Shown: piece by piece, positions 1-12,995 of the stretch
Numbering within the stretch: position 1 is the first letter of the stretch
Layout: the number at the start of each line of letters is the position of its first letter
NCBI GenBank assembly: GCA_014905635.1
Contig: JABVCE010000050.1
Coordinates: forward strand, 1-64,000
DNA from: Scenedesmus sp. PABB004
Lineage: Eukaryota
Reading direction: 5' to 3'
DNA length: 64,000 nucleotides
Notes under the pieces: generated by a model
The model's database searches: none
What the model saw: only the letters and a program-made list of their open reading frames with translations
Told to the model about the DNA's origin: nothing
Program-made: the position numbers and the translations under genes

Positions 1-29
1 GCGTGCCGCGCGCCGCCGCCCACACGCAG

Positions 30-1057
30 CATCGCGCTGATGAAGGACGGCTGCATCCTGCTCAACGTCAGCCGGGGGGGCCTCGTGGACAGCGACGAGG
101 TGCGGCGGGCCAGGCGGGGGGGGGGGGGGGGCGGCGAGGGAGGGGGCGTGCGGAGCGGAGGGCAGGGCTGGGTGGGGGGGGGGGCGGCCGGGCGCCGCCC
201 CTGGCCTGCCCGCTGTCCCCCTCTTGACCCGCTGCCCTGCACCCCCCCCAGGTGCTCAGGGCCCTGGAGTCTAACAAGATCGGGGTGCGCCGCACCGCCG
301 CAGCGCCGCGCCGGGCAGGGGGCGCGCGGGGGCGCGCTGGGGGCTCCGCGCCGCGCGCAGGGCCCCGCGGCGCCGCAGCTGACCGCCCGCCGCCCGCCGC
401 CGCCCCCGGCCGTGTGCCGCGCGGTGCACGCAGGCGCTGGGCATGGACGTGTGGGAGAACGAGGTGCGACCGCCCGCCCAGCCGCCGGCTGGCACGCCGT
501 CCCGCCGCGCCGCCGCGCGCCCAAACAGGCCTCCCTCCTCTCTCTCGCGCTCAATCCACCCTAAACCCCGCCCCGTCGCCCCGTCGCCCTCACTTAACCC
601 GGTCGCCCCGCTACACCCCGCCCCTGCCCCCCCCCCCCGCTTAACCCCGCAGTCTGACATGTTTTTCACCGACTGGACCGACATGGACATCCAGACGCGC
701 ATGGCCAAGTGGGACCGCAAGTTCAAGCTGCTCACGAGCTACCCCAACGTGCGTGATGCGCACACGGGGGGGGGGGGGGATGTGTCTGCGTGTGCGCGCG
801 CACCCCCGGCCGCCGCGGCTCGCCAGCTCCCCGCCTGCCCCCCCTCCCCCCCCACACACACGCGCGCGCACACGCACACAACACGCACACGCACACGCCG
901 CGGCCGCCGCGCACAGGTCATGGTCACGCCGCACAGCGCCTTCCTCACGCACGAGGCGCTCGCCAACATCGCGGCGACGACGGTCGACAACATTCAGGAG
1001 TTCCTAGCCGGCAAGCCCCTCACCAACGAGCTCACGCTGCCTCCCAGCAAGCGCTGA
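30..1057 (+). CDS. D-lactate dehydrogenase / D-isomer 2-hydroxyacid dehydrogenase, 3' exons (5'-truncated by window)
   Basis: Spliced exons give MKDGCILLNVSRGGLVD..., LGMDVWENE, LLTSYPN|VMVTPHSAFLTHEALANIA (catalytic Arg/Glu/His motifs). GT-AG introns; TGA at 1055-1057. Confidence 0.9.
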
Positions 1058-1934
1058 CCAGCTCAAGCTCACGAGCGCGCCGGAGGGGCGACGTGGGGCG
1101 GCGCTTGCGGGGCGGCGGGCGCCGGCGCCTGCCGCGTGGTGTCGTTCTCGCGTCTTCGGTTTGTTTTGACTCTCGCCGCCGCGCCCCGGGGCGACGAGAG
1201 GCGGCGGCGGGGGGCGCTCTGTCGTGGCGGTGCGCCGCCGCATCGGCCTGGGGGAATCCAACGCTCGGCGCTGCGCGCGCGGCGCGGACTGCTGTGGGTG
1301 GGTGCGGGGGCGTCCCGCGGGCGCCGGGCGCTGCATGCAGCGGGGTGGGGGAGAACGAATGAACGCGCCGCTGCGCCCTGCGCCGCGCCAGGCTTGAGAG
1401 GGGAGACCGAGGGGGTGAAATGGTGTGTTGAGCCCGCAACAGCGTCACAGATTACAGCGCCATAGGCACAGGCACACACGCTCAACGCGCCACGCGATCG
1501 GCCGCAAGTCGAGGCGGGCAGCAGCGGGGGGTGGGGGGACACACAGATGGGAGGCAGGGCTTCAGGGTTTTGGTTGGGGCTTCAAGCGCGCATCGCCGAC
1601 ACATGCGCAACAGAAACGAACGCACGCCAGACAGCAGCGCAAGCGTGCGCGGCCGCGGCGCAACGAGGCAGTGCCGCCCCCGGCGCGAGGCGCAAGGGCC
1701 AGATCTGGAGGCCGGCGCGCACGCGCCGCCGCGAGGCGCGCGCGGCACTCAAAGTTCAATGGGCGCCGGCCGCCGCGAAGGCGCGGCGCCGGTCAATTGG
1801 TTGGCGATGGCGGGCAGGCCCGCGCCCGCGCGCGCGCCCGCGCGCGGCGCGCCGCAGCAATTGCGGCGGCGGGCGGCGTGGCGCCCGCGGGGCGCGGGGC
1901 GCGCTTCCCGGCTCCGCGCCGGCGAGTGCGTGCG

Positions 1935-2924
1935 TCAGTAGCTCACGGGGCAGGCCGACAGCATGTACTCGCGCGCGACCGCGCTGCGGCAGTCGTCGCC
2001 GCCGAGCGCGCCCAGCCGGCTCTCCAGCAGCAGCAGGCGCTCGCGCAGCGCGCCGCCCTCGTCGCGCGCCTCCTTGGCCGCCTTTTCGGCCGCCGCCGCG
2101 CGGCGCCGCGCGCGCCGCGCGTGGTCCTGCGCCGCGGCGAGGTCGCCGCGCAGGCCCGCGAGCCGGCTGGCCGACTGCGACGACGCCTGGCGGGCGAGCT
2201 CCGAGACCTTGAGCACCCTGTGTGTGTTTGTGTGTGTGTGTGTGTGGGGGGGGGGGGGGGCGGCGTCTGGGCGGAGCGCAGCGCCCTGCCGCTGCGCCCT
2301 GCCGCCGCTGCTGCCGCCGTCCTGCCTGCCTCCCCCCCCCACCTCCCACCCACCCAGACCCCCCGCGCCTGTAGTACTCCTTCTGCAGCTCTGCAAACTG
2401 CTCCTCCAGGTCCACCTTGGCCTTGGCCGCGCGGCTGCGCCCCTGGCTCAGCTCCTTGATGATCTGGCGCAGGTGCTCGCACTCGCGCTCCTGGCGGCGG
2501 CGCGGCAGCGGCGCGGCGCAGCAGCGCGGGTGGCGTGGGCTGCCGGCGCGGCGCGGCGGCGAGGCGGGCCGCGCGGCGGCGGCAGCGGGTGCCGCACCTT
2601 CTTGGCGAGGGCGTTCTTGAAGAAGGTGAGCTCGGTCTGCTGCTCCTCGACCTCAAACGTCGCCACAAACGTCGCCGCTGCGCTCGACACGCTGCCGGCG
2701 GCGCTCGGCGTCGCCGCGTCGCCCAGCTCGCTGTCGGACGAGGAGAGGTCATCATCCCAGCCGCCGGGCGGGCAGGCGCCGGCGGCGCTGAAGCTGCCGC
2801 TGCGGTCGAAGCGGGCGGCGCCGCCCGAGAGCGGCGCCGCGCTCAGCTCCACCGCATGCAGCCCGCGCCGCCCGATGAGGGCCATGATCTCCGAATCCCG
2901 CGCCGAGGGGCGCGGGCCAGCCAT
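1935..2924 (-). CDS. Hypothetical coiled-coil protein (3 exons)
   Basis: Exons MAGPRPSARDSEIMALIG...TELTFFKNALAKK | ...LRQIIKELSQ...ELQKEYYR | VLKVSELARQ...ACPVSY*. Coding-like codon usage; TGTAA on - strand at 1452-1456. Confidence 0.6.
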
Positions 2925-3143
2925 CAGAAGCGGGCGCCCCGCGTGCCGGCCGGGGCCCCGCGTTGGCGTCGTCGCGCCCGGGGGCAGCGATCCCGGTGCG
3001 GCGTGCGTGCTGTGGGCGGGCTGAGGGGCGGGCCGGGAGGGGGGAAAGGCGCGTGGCGCAGCGGTGGCTTAGGGGTTCCACGGCCGTCGCCGAACGCAAG
3101 CCCAACCAAGCGCGAGAGGTTGCCTGCAGGCCTGGCGGCGGCG

Positions 3144-4450
3144 CTACCGCCGCCCGCCGCCGCGCCCGCCGCCGCGCCCGCCGCCGCGCCCGCCGCCGCG
3201 CCCGCCTCGGCTGCTGCCGCCGCGCCCGCCGCCGCGCCCGCCGCCGCGCCCGCCGCTGCCGCCGCCCTTGCGCACGCCGCCGTCGCGCACGCCGCCGGCG
3301 CCCCTGCCGCCGGGCTTGAAGCCCCCGCCGCCGCCGCGCCCGCCGCCGCCACGGCCGCCGCCGCGCCCGCCGCCGCGCCCGCCGCCGCGCCCGCGGCCGC
3401 CCTCCGCCCGGCCGCGTTGGTGTCGGCGCGCGCCTTCATGCCCGCCTGCAGCTTCTCCTTCTTGCGCCGCTCGCGCGCCACCTGCGCGCGCCACCGCGCG
3501 GCGGCGGCGCGGCTGTGAGCCGGCCGCCCAGCGCGCGCCCCGCCGCCGCCCAGCGCGCGCCGCCGCCGCCGCCCAGCGCGCGCCGCCGCCGCCGCCCAGC
3601 GCGCGCCGCCCAGCACGCGCCTGGTCCTTGGACTTGAGCTCGCCGCCGCGCGGGGCGGCGCTGTCGGGCGTGAGCTTGAAGCTCTTGTGCCGCATGCCTC
3701 GGTCAAAGCGCCGCGCGAGCGCAGGGTCCGCCGCGCCGCCCTCCAGCGCGCCTGCCCGGGCGCAGGCGGGCGGGCGGGCTCGGCGCGCCGCCGAGCGACG
3801 CCCCCCGCCTGCGCGGCAGGCAGCCCCGCCCGCGCGCGCCGCCGCCGCGCCGCCGCCCGCGCCGCCGCACCCGTGGCGGAGACGCGCTGCTTGTGCGCCT
3901 TGGCCCACTTTTTGTAGAGCTGCCCCGCCGCGCCGTCCTTGCCCGGCCCCGCGAGCACGACCGCGCCGGCCTCGTTGCGCAGCTTGCGGACCTTGAGCCC
4001 CCGCTTGTCCGCCACGCCCGCGGTGTTGATGTAGGCCTTCTTCTTGGCGTCCCACCGGTACTGCCGCCGCGCCGCGGTCATGCCCGCCGCGTCCTCGCCC
4101 GTCAGGTCCAGCACCGCGCCCGCGAGCGCCGCGGCGTCGCCCTCCGCCTCAAAGCTCTCGCCGTGGCTCCGCCCCTCCCTGCGCGCCACGGCAGCGGCGG
4201 CGGCGGCGCGGCGGCGGGCGCGGTCAGCGCGCACCCGCGTGGTGCGCGCCGGCGGCCGCCGCGGACCAGCCGCCTGCGCTGCCCCCCCCCCTCCCCTTCC
4301 CCGAACGCCACCGCGCCACGCCCCCCGCACCGCGTGGCGCTGACGAAGAGGCCGTCGTCCCTGAAGCGCCCGCTCGCGAGCGGCGCGTCCACCGACTGCG
4401 ACAGCACGTACCCGCCCGCGCGCGCGCGCCGCGGCTGCTGCCGCCGCTCC

Positions 4451-4496
<46 letters not shown>

Positions 4497-4603
4497 ACTC
4501 GTCGCCGCTGCCGCTGCCGCCGTCCGACTCGTCGCCGCTGCCGCTCGCCGCGTCGCCGTCGTCGTCATCGTCGTCGTCGCTGCCCGCGCCCGGCTGCCGC
4601 CGC

Positions 4604-4646
<43 letters not shown>

Positions 4647-7600
4647 CCTTGCGGCGCTTGGGCGCCGGCCACTGCTCGTCGCCGCCGCCGCCCCGGCCGC
4701 GGCCGCCTCGGCCGCCTCGGCGGCGAGGCGGCGCTTCTGGCGCTCCTTTTCGATGACCGCTGCGTGGCTGGCGCGCTTGGCCGACATCACGTCGCTGCTC
4801 TTGTAGCGCAGCGCCGCCTCGGCCTCCGTCTGCATCGTCGGCCCCGCGTGCGCGGGCCGCACCTGCGCGGGGGCGCGGGCAGAGCGGTGGCGCGTGGGCG
4901 CGCCGCGCCCGGCCGGCGCGCGCGGCGCCCCGCGCGCGAGCACATGCCGCGCCGATCCTGGGCACGCCCCGCGGGCGCGCGTGCGCCGCACCTTGGCGAT
5001 CTCCGCCTCCAGCACCGTCGCGGTGGGCCGGAAGGCCCGCAGCTTCGCGGTGAACTCCGCCAGCGACGCCTCGTGCTGCGCGCGGCGCAGCGCGAGTCGG
5101 CGGGCCGCGGGCGAGTCGGCGGGCCGCGTGGCGCGCGCGAGCCGCACCGCCGCGGCGCCGGCGCGGCGGGGCGCGCGGCGCGGCGTGCCTGCATGTCGAG
5201 CCGGCCCTTGCCCGCGGCCTGCATGTGCGCGAGCAGCAGCGGGTGGTGGCCCTCGCGGGGGAGCCGCTTCGCGCGCTTGACGCTCTCGCTGCTCGCCGCG
5301 GGGCGGGTCTTGAGGTACAGCCCGTACGCGTTGGCCAGGCTGCGCCCCATGCCGCTCAGCTCCTGCCGCGCCGCCACCGCCTCGCGCAGGTGCTCCACCA
5401 GCGGGTCCAGCAGCAGCGGCGGGAAGGTCCCAAACGTGCTCGGGCCTGGCGTGCGCGGGGCCCGATAGCGGCGGGACGGTGCGGGCGGCGCGTGGGCGTG
5501 AGAGCGCGCGCGAGCGGGCGCAGCGCAGCGGAGCGCAGCGCGGGCGGCGGCGCGTGCGGGCGGCGGCGTGCGCGCGCGGCGCGCACCCTCATTCGTGGCG
5601 GCCGTCGCGGCGGCCGCGGCCGCGGCGCTCACGCCGCCGAGGCCCGCCGCCGCGCCGGCGGCCGCGACCGCGGCGGCGTCGGGCGTGGGCGGCGCGGGCG
5701 TGAGGGGCCGGCCGAGGTAGAGGTGGAGATCGAGCAGGTACGGCAGCTCCTCGCGCGTCGCCAGCACCATCGCCGCGCCCGACCGCCCCGCGCGCGCCGC
5801 GCGCCCACACCTGCGCGCGATGGCGGCGGCGGCGGCGGCGGCGCCAGGCCGTCGGCGGCGCGCGCGCCGGCCCCCGGCGCGCCGGCGCTCAGCCGCGCGC
5901 GTGCGCCGCGCCGCGGCGACGGCGCGGCGTGCAGCGGCGGCGCGCGCCTGTGCACGAAGAGCTCTGGCTTTGGCGGCGCGTCGTAGTGTATGACGTTGTC
6001 AATGAGCGGGATGTCGATGCCCCGCGCCGCGACGTCGGTCGTGAGCAGCACGCCCACGCGGCCGGCGCGGAACTTGGCGACGTGGATCTTGCGCGCCGTC
6101 TGCGGGGGGGGGGGGGGGGGGCGTGTGTGGGTGCGCGCGCGCGTGGGTGTCAGTGTGTGTGTGCGCGCGCGCGCATTGATGCGTGTGCGTGCGCGCCAGC
6201 GGGCGCGGCGGCGGCGCCCAATCCAAGGCGTGCCTGGTCCATGGAGCCGAACACGCACGCCGCCTCGACGCCCTCGGCCGCGAGCAGGGTGTGCAGGAAC
6301 TCGACGTGGTGCCGCGTCGACGCAAAGACCAGGCTCGCGCTGCCCTTGGGCAGCGCCTCGCGCACGAGCCACACCAGCGCCGCGGGCTTCTCGTCGCCGC
6401 GCACTGCGCGGCGCGGCCGCGGGGCGCGGCACCTCAGGGCCGGCGCAGGGCGCGGCGCGGCCCCCTCGGCGCAGCCCGCCCGCCTTCGCCAACCCCCCGG
6501 CCGGCCAGTTGGCGGCGCGCCCTTCCTCCCCTCCCCTCCCGTGCCCTGCCCGCCCCTGCCGCCTGCGCCCGCCGCCCGCGGCCGCGTGCCTGTGAAGAAG
6601 GCGAGGCTGAGGTCTGGGCTGAGCTTGCGGTCGGCGTCGAGCCGCACGAGGCTGGGGCTGCTCAGCCCCGCCGCCGCAAAGTCGGCGAGGCTGCGCGGCA
6701 GCGTCGCGCTGAACATCAGCGTCTGCCGGCTCTCCCGCAGGCAGCCGACAATCTCCTTGACCTACGGCCGCCGGCGCGGCGCGTGGGCGCGTGGGCGCGT
6801 GGGCGCGTGGGCGCGTGGGCGCGTGGGCGCGTGGGCGCGCGCGCGCGGCCGCCGGGGCGCGCTTGCTCTTTCGCGCCCGCATGCCCCGTGCACGGACGCC
6901 GCCGCGGCGCGCCTGGTCTGCGAAGCCCATCTCAAACATGCGGTCGGCCTCGTCAAACACGGCGACCTCGACCGCGCCCAGGCCAAAGCCCGACACCTCG
7001 GCCAGGTGGTGCAGCAGGCGCCCCGGCGTGGCGACGATCACGTCCGGGTTGGCCGCGAGCTCAGCAAACTGCGCCTCCATGGCATCGCCGCCGACGAGCA
7101 CCGCGGTGCGCAGGTTGCTGCCGCGCCCGAGGTCACGCACGACCTGCGCGGCAGGCGGCGGGCGCGGTCAGGCGCGCGCGGCGGCGCCGCCGCCGGCGGC
7201 GGCGCGCGGCGCGACGCCCGCGCGTGCACACGGCCCACCTTGTGCGTCTGCAGCGCGAGCTCGCGCGTCGGCGACAGCACGAGCCCGCGCGCGCCGGCCT
7301 TGGGCGCGTGCGCCGCGAGGCGGTGCAGCAGCGGCAGCACGAACGCCGCGGTCTTGCCGCTGCCGGTGCGGGCCATGCCGATGACGTCGCCGCCGGCGAG
7401 GATGAGCGGGATGGCGCGCCGCTGGATGGGCGTGGGCAGGCGGAAGCCCTGCCGCCGGATCGCCGCGAGCAGCCACGGCGCGAGGCCCATCGACTCTGCC
7501 GCGGCAGCGGCGGCGGAGCGCGGGGGCGGTGCGGCGGGCGGCGGGCGTGAGCGGCGAGCCTGTGCCACTGCCCACGCCGCCGCGAGCCTGTGCCGCTGCC

Positions 7601-7837
7601 GGGCCGCCGCCCCGCCCCGCCGCCGCGCCGCGCGCGCCACGCTGCAGCAGCGGCCGCCGCCGCTGCTGCGCGCGGCGCGCCGGCCCGCGCGCGGCGCGCC
7701 GGCCCCCGCCGGGCCGCACCGAAGGTGCCGGATCGGTTCTTCTTCTTCTGCGCCTGCGCCGCCTTCTTGCGGCGCCCGGAGAGCGGCTTTTTGGCCGCCT
7801 CGCCGTCGTCCCAGCCAAACTCGACCGTCTCCGCCAT
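3144..7837 (-). CDS. DDX54: DEAD-box RNA helicase DDX54/DBP10 (RH29-like), ~13 exons, RGG-rich C-terminus
   Basis: Q motif [42 protein letters not shown], a DBP10CT-like AVLDLTGED...RWDAKKKAY segment and a GGRG-repeat tail. Confidence 0.92.
3150..3400 (-). repeat. 12-bp coding repeat encoding the (GGGR)n RGG tail of DDX54
   Basis: Repeated CCGCCGCGCCCG units on the + strand; translation [13 protein letters not shown]... on the - strand. Confidence 0.85.
6781..6838. repeat. Intronic octamer tandem repeat (GCGTGGGC)x7
   Basis: Read directly; lies in a DDX54 intron. Confidence 0.9.
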
Positions 7838-8528
7838 GGCGGGCCCGCGGCGTCGGCGCGACCGGCGGGTGCGGTGGGTCAGAACCCTCGCCTGCTGTGG
7901 CCGCGCCGGCGGGACGCGCAGGCCCCCGCGGGGCGATGCAGAGGCCGCCGAGAGATGCCGCGAGCCCGCGGCGCGCTGCCGGCGAGACCCCAGCGGCGCG
8001 GGCGGGCGGGACGAGTGTGTGTGTGTCGACCCGCGCTGCCGGGTGGGCGGCGAGGGGCAGCGCCGCCGGCGCCGGCCGCGGCGGCGGCGCAGCGCGCCGA
8101 CTGCGCCCCGGCGGCGGCGGCCACGGCGGCGCGCCGGCCGCCGCCCGCGCCAGTCTGCGTGGCAGCCCCTGCGCGCGTCCCACTCCGCCCCTGAATTCCC
8201 TCGCCCCGGCTCGCTCGCGACAGCGCGGTCGAGCAGCAGCTCGCGAGAAGCAGCAGAATGCGGTGTTGAGCGCCCCGCCCGCATCGCTCAGGCTCACCAG
8301 GTGCGCGACGCGACACGGACGGTCGCCCGCCGCGCCGCTCGGAGCGCGTGCCGCGGCGCGAGGCACCGCCTGCGCGCCTGCACGCGCCGCCCGGGTGCGG
8401 CCTGGTTGGCCCACCAACGTCCCAGACCGGCGCGCCGGTGGCTCCGGGCGCCCGCGGGGCCAATGCGGCTGCGCCGCGCGCCGAGAGCTGCGCGCCCGCC
8501 CGCGATTGTTCGCAGGCCGCCGGGCGCG

Positions 8529-11361
8529 ATGCTGCAGCGCCAGCGCCCCTTCACCCTCGCCCGGACCGGCGGCGGCGGCGCGTCGGGACGGCCATGCGCG
8601 AGGGCGGCGCCGCCGCGGCCGCCGCGGCGCGGCCGCCGCGCGGCGCTGCTGCCGCGCGCGGCGATGGACTCCGGCATGGTGCGACGCCCGGCCCGGCCCA
8701 GCGCCGCCCCGCTTGCCGCCTGCCGCAGCCGCGAGGGGCGCCCCGCCGCCGGGCCGCCGGCGGCGCGCCCGCGGCGCCCGCGCCGCGCCATCGCGCGACG
8801 CGCGCGTCGCGGCGCCGCGCGCCGCCGCCGCCGCCAACCGCCGCGCCCGCGCGCGCCCCGCAGGCGAAGCAGGCGGTCGCAGGCGGGAGCGAGGCCCAGG
8901 CCGCCGCGGCCGCCGCGGCCGCCGCGGCCGCCGCGGCCGCGGGCGCCACGGCGCCGGACCAGGCGGCGCCGGAGCAGCCGGCGCAGGCGGCGGTGCAGCA
9001 GGCGGCGGTGGCGCAGGCGCCGCCGCCGGCGCCCGCCGGCGCGCCGGCCGCCGCACCCGCCGCTGAGCAGCCGGCGGGCGCGCACGACGCGTCGTGGGAG
9101 GCCTGGTGCGCGCACTTTGCGGAGGCGGACGCGTCGGGCAGCCGGTACGACGCGCTGAGCGGCGCGCTGGCGGCTGCCGTGGCGGGCGAGGACTACGCCA
9201 CCGCGGCGGGCGTGAAGGCCGACCTGGACGCGCTGGCGGCGCGCGACGCGGTCGCGCGCGTGTCGGCCGCGCTGTCCGACGCGCTGGCGGCCGAGCGCTA
9301 CGCCGACGCGGCGGCGCTGCGCGACGCGGGCTGGGCGGCGCTGCAGGGCTGGTGGGCGTGCATGGCCGGCGGCCACCCCACGGGCCACCTGCTGCGCGTG
9401 TTCCCAGAGTGAGCGGACATGCGCGCGGGGCGCGGGGCAGCGGCGGCCGCTCGGCGCGCGCGGGGGCCGCTGCGCCTGCCGCCCCCTCACCGAGCCTGCC
9501 GCCGGCGCGCCGCGTCAGGTACGGGCGCTGGACTGGCAAGGCCTACTCGCCACGCGACCTCGCCGACCTGCAGGGCTGGGGCGAGGAGGAGCCGGGCACG
9601 CTGCTCGCGCGCATGCCCGGCGCCCGGCAGGCGCCGCTCCCCGGCGGCCGCCGCAGCGGCGGTGGCGGCGGCGGCGGCGGCGGCATCACGGCCGAGGGCC
9701 TCGCGCAGCTGGGCACGCCGCTGCTCGAGGTGTTTGTGCGCCGCGACGGCGGCGACGGCGGCGACGGCGGCGACGGCGGCGGCGACGTCGACATCGCGCA
9801 GCTGCGTAGCCAGGCGGTGCTGCTGCAGCCGAGCGGCGCGGCGGCCGCCGACGCGGCAGCGGCGCGGCAGTCGGCCCGCGACATTGGGCTCGAAGCAGAG
9901 CTGGGGGAGCTGTTCCGCTCCGAGGTCTCCCGCGCGGTCTGGGGCCGCGCGGGCGTGCCCGGCGACACCGCCGCGGCCGCCGCGGCGGGCCTCGCCAGCG
10001 GCGCGCTCGCGAGCGCGCCGGGCGGCGCGGCGGGCGCGGGCCCGCCCGGCATCAGCTACGAGCTGCTGTTCAGCGGCGAGGCGCAGCGCGGCGGCGACGA
10101 GGAGGAGGGCGAGCTGAGCGGCGGGCCGGAGCCGTGGGAGCGGCTGCTGGACGACGCGGAGCCCCTGCTGGCGGCGGCCGCCGCGGCGGCGGACGCGGCC
10201 GGCGGCGTGGAGTGCGCCGACGGCGCGACGCGGCCCCTGGACCGTGGCGCCCGCGGCAGCGCGGGCGCGCCGGTGCTGCAGCTGCTGCTGGAGGTCGCGG
10301 AGGGCTGCAGCAGCGTGCTGCTGGCCGCGCGCGCAGTGCGCGGCGGCGCAGGCGCCGGCGCGGGCGCGGGCGCGCGCAGCACCGCGTGGGTCGTCGCGGA
10401 CATGCCGCCGGGGCCGCCGCTGCTGCCGGGCGCGCCGTGCGACGGCGCCGCTGCGGAGGAGCGCGCCGCGCGGCTCGCGGCGTCGCTCGAGGCGCAGCGC
10501 GTGGTGCGGGAGATGCTGGGCGCGCGCGAGGGCTGGTGGATGACGGAGCTGGACGTGCGCTGGAACCCGCCGCCGCCGTCCGACGGCGCCGAGGCGGCGG
10601 CCGCGGCGGCGGGCCGCGACGACGCGGGCGCGGCCGACCTCACGCTGCTCGAGGACGAGGGCTGGCCCGTCCCCGACGATGAGGCCAGCCGGGCGGGCTT
10701 CTATGCGCCGTTCTACGCCCAGCCTGGCGGCGGCGGCGGGCTGCCGCTCGGCAACGCGCTGCAGGCGCAGGCGATGGCGGCGGGCCAGGCGCGGCAGGCC
10801 GCCGCGGCCGCGGCCGCCGCGGCCGCGGCGCCCGGCGGCGCCGGCGGCGGCCTCGCGGGCATGGCGGCGGACGAGGCGGACGAGGCACGGCAGACGCTCG
10901 CGCAGCTGAAGGGCCTCGTGTCGCCGCCCGAGCCCGGCGCGCGCCACGAGCCGTCCGTCACGTGGGCGCCGCCGGCCACGCGCATCACCTGCCTCGAGCA
11001 GGAGCGCCAGGCGGCGGACGAGGCCGCGGCGGGCGCGCCGCCCGTGCAGCAGGCGCGCGGGCGGCGGCGCGCGGCGGGCCGCCCGGCGCGCCCGGCGCGC
11101 CCGGCGCGCCCGGCGTGCCCGGCGCGCCTGGCGGCGGGCTCGGCGCCGGCTGGCCGGCGCCCGCGTGGCCGGCCGCAGCGCCCGTGAGCGGCGGCGCGGC
11201 GCTGGCGGAGCTGGGCGGCGGCTGCGAGGAGCTCGAGCGCCACCCAGCCATCATCACCATGCACGGCCGCGACGCCTTCACCGTCACGCCCTGCGCCACG
11301 GCGGTGGCGGCGGCGCAGCACGAGCAGCAGGCTCGCGGCAGCGGTGACGGCGCCAGCACTG

Positions 11362-11399
<38 letters not shown>

Positions 11400-12452
11400 G
11401 CAGGCGGCGACGGCGGCGCGTCCGAGCGCCCGCGGCGCAGTCTGTTTGTCGTTGAGGTGCCCACGGCGCCGCTGCCGGCGGCGCAGGCGGGCCTGGGCGC
11501 GGCGCAGCAGCAGCTGGACGCGGCGCGCGGCTACCACCGCGTGTGGCAGCTCGCGGCGCACCAGGTGCTGCTCCAGCACGCGTGCGCGGAGGAGGGCGCG
11601 GCGCGCGGCGAGCCGGCCGCGGCGCCCGGCGCCGCCGGCAGCCTGCCGGTCACGTGGCGCCAGCCGCTGGCCGACCTCATGGCCGCGCGCGCGGAGGAGG
11701 TGCTGTGGGGCGGCGGCGCCGCCGACGGCGGACCCGACGGCGAGGAGCCCGACCGCAGCGCCGCGGTCGCGGCGTGCGTGCCGGAGCACGCGCCGCTGCT
11801 GGTGCTGCAGCTGCCAGAGGCGCTCGTCGCGGCGAGCGTCGGCGCGCACGCGCCTGCGGCCGCGGCGTACGCCGCGCTGGACGACGACGCCGCGCCGCTG
11901 TCGCCGGGGCTCGCCGCCGCGGCGGGCGTGCGGCTGGCGCCGGCGGCGGCGCCGGCGGCGGCTGCCGAGGCGGGCGCCGGCGCGGCGCTGAGCTACCGGC
12001 GGCTGCCGGGCGGCGGCGCCGGCTCCGACCCGCTCACCGGCCTCTTCCTCGGCGCGTTTGGCCCGCACGGCCCCGAGCTGCTGCACCTGCGCCGCGGGCT
12101 GTGCATGGAGACGGGCGCGGAGGTCGTGGAGGCGCTGAAGCTCACGGGCGACGCCAACGTGCCCGCGGGCGAGGTCTCCTTCCGCGCGCGCGTCGGGCGG
12201 CGCGCGCGGCGCGACGCGCGCGGCGCCTACCCGCCCGCGCTCGACGTCGTCGCGCGCTACCCCGGCGAGGGCCGCGTCGCGGGGCCGGGGTTCAGCAACC
12301 CGCGCTGGGTGGAGGGCGAGCTGCTCGTGTTTGGCCGCGGCAGCGCCGCGGCGGCGAGCTGGACGTCCGGCGCGGCGCTCGGGTTTGTGTGGGCGGTGCC
12401 GGGCGAGAAGCGCTTCCTGATCCTGCTCAACGCCGTCACCCTGCCCGCCTGA
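8529..12452 (+). CDS. EX1: EXECUTER-like plastid protein (UVR-like region + DUF3506)
   Basis: Transit-peptide-like exon 1. SWEAWCAHF...EDYATAA...[11 protein letters not shown]...GWW...[14 protein letters not shown], and C-terminal [46 protein letters not shown], as in EXECUTER proteins. Confidence 0.85.
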
Positions 12453-12995
12453 GCCTGGGCGCGCGGGGCGGATGGACGGACCGATGGGCGGCCAGCCCGC
12501 GGGGGGCACCCGGGGCGAGGCGCGGCGCGGCGCCCCTTGGCGCGGCGCCCCCCCCCCCCCTGTGACTGCAGAGCTTGAACCGGACTGTGTACAGTTTGCG
12601 TTGTCGTCGTCGTGGAGGCTTTTGGCAGAGCGCTGGCGCGAGCAAACAGGCGTGTCGGGCTTGAACGCAGAACCTGGCGGGGGCGGGCGCCGGCGCCTGC
12701 GCGGGCACCAGCACTGCACGGCGGCGCATCGTTGTGAGCAGCTGCACAGAGCCAGGGCTGAGAACTGCGTGGCGTGTGGCGTCTCTCTCACCCGAGTAAA
12801 GGTCCGGCCAGCGCTGCCGCGGCGCAGCGGCGAGGGCTCAGCAACCAGCGCCGCCCGCGCTCGCCTCCCCTCTCCTCCGCCACGCCACCGGATCCCCACA
12901 GCCAGCACACACGGCGCGCTCACGAGCTGCCACGCCACCGGTGGTCGAGCGCTCGAGCCCTCCGAGCAGTACCTGGCGCGCCGCGCGCGCGCGGA

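Noticed and set aside
559..570. CCCTAAA telomere-like heptamer
   Set aside because: Single copy inside an intron, with no array.
3524..3620. ~21-bp repeats GCCCAGCGCGCGCCGCCGCC that could suggest a CRISPR-like array
   Set aside because: No unique spacers; it is an intronic minisatellite in a eukaryotic gene.
5929..9066. Very long Arg/Ala/Gly/Pro-rich ORFs (also 18805-21921, 37073-40486, 49431-52067)
   Set aside because: Artefacts of stop-codon scarcity at extreme GC. They are antisense or off-frame to real spliced genes.
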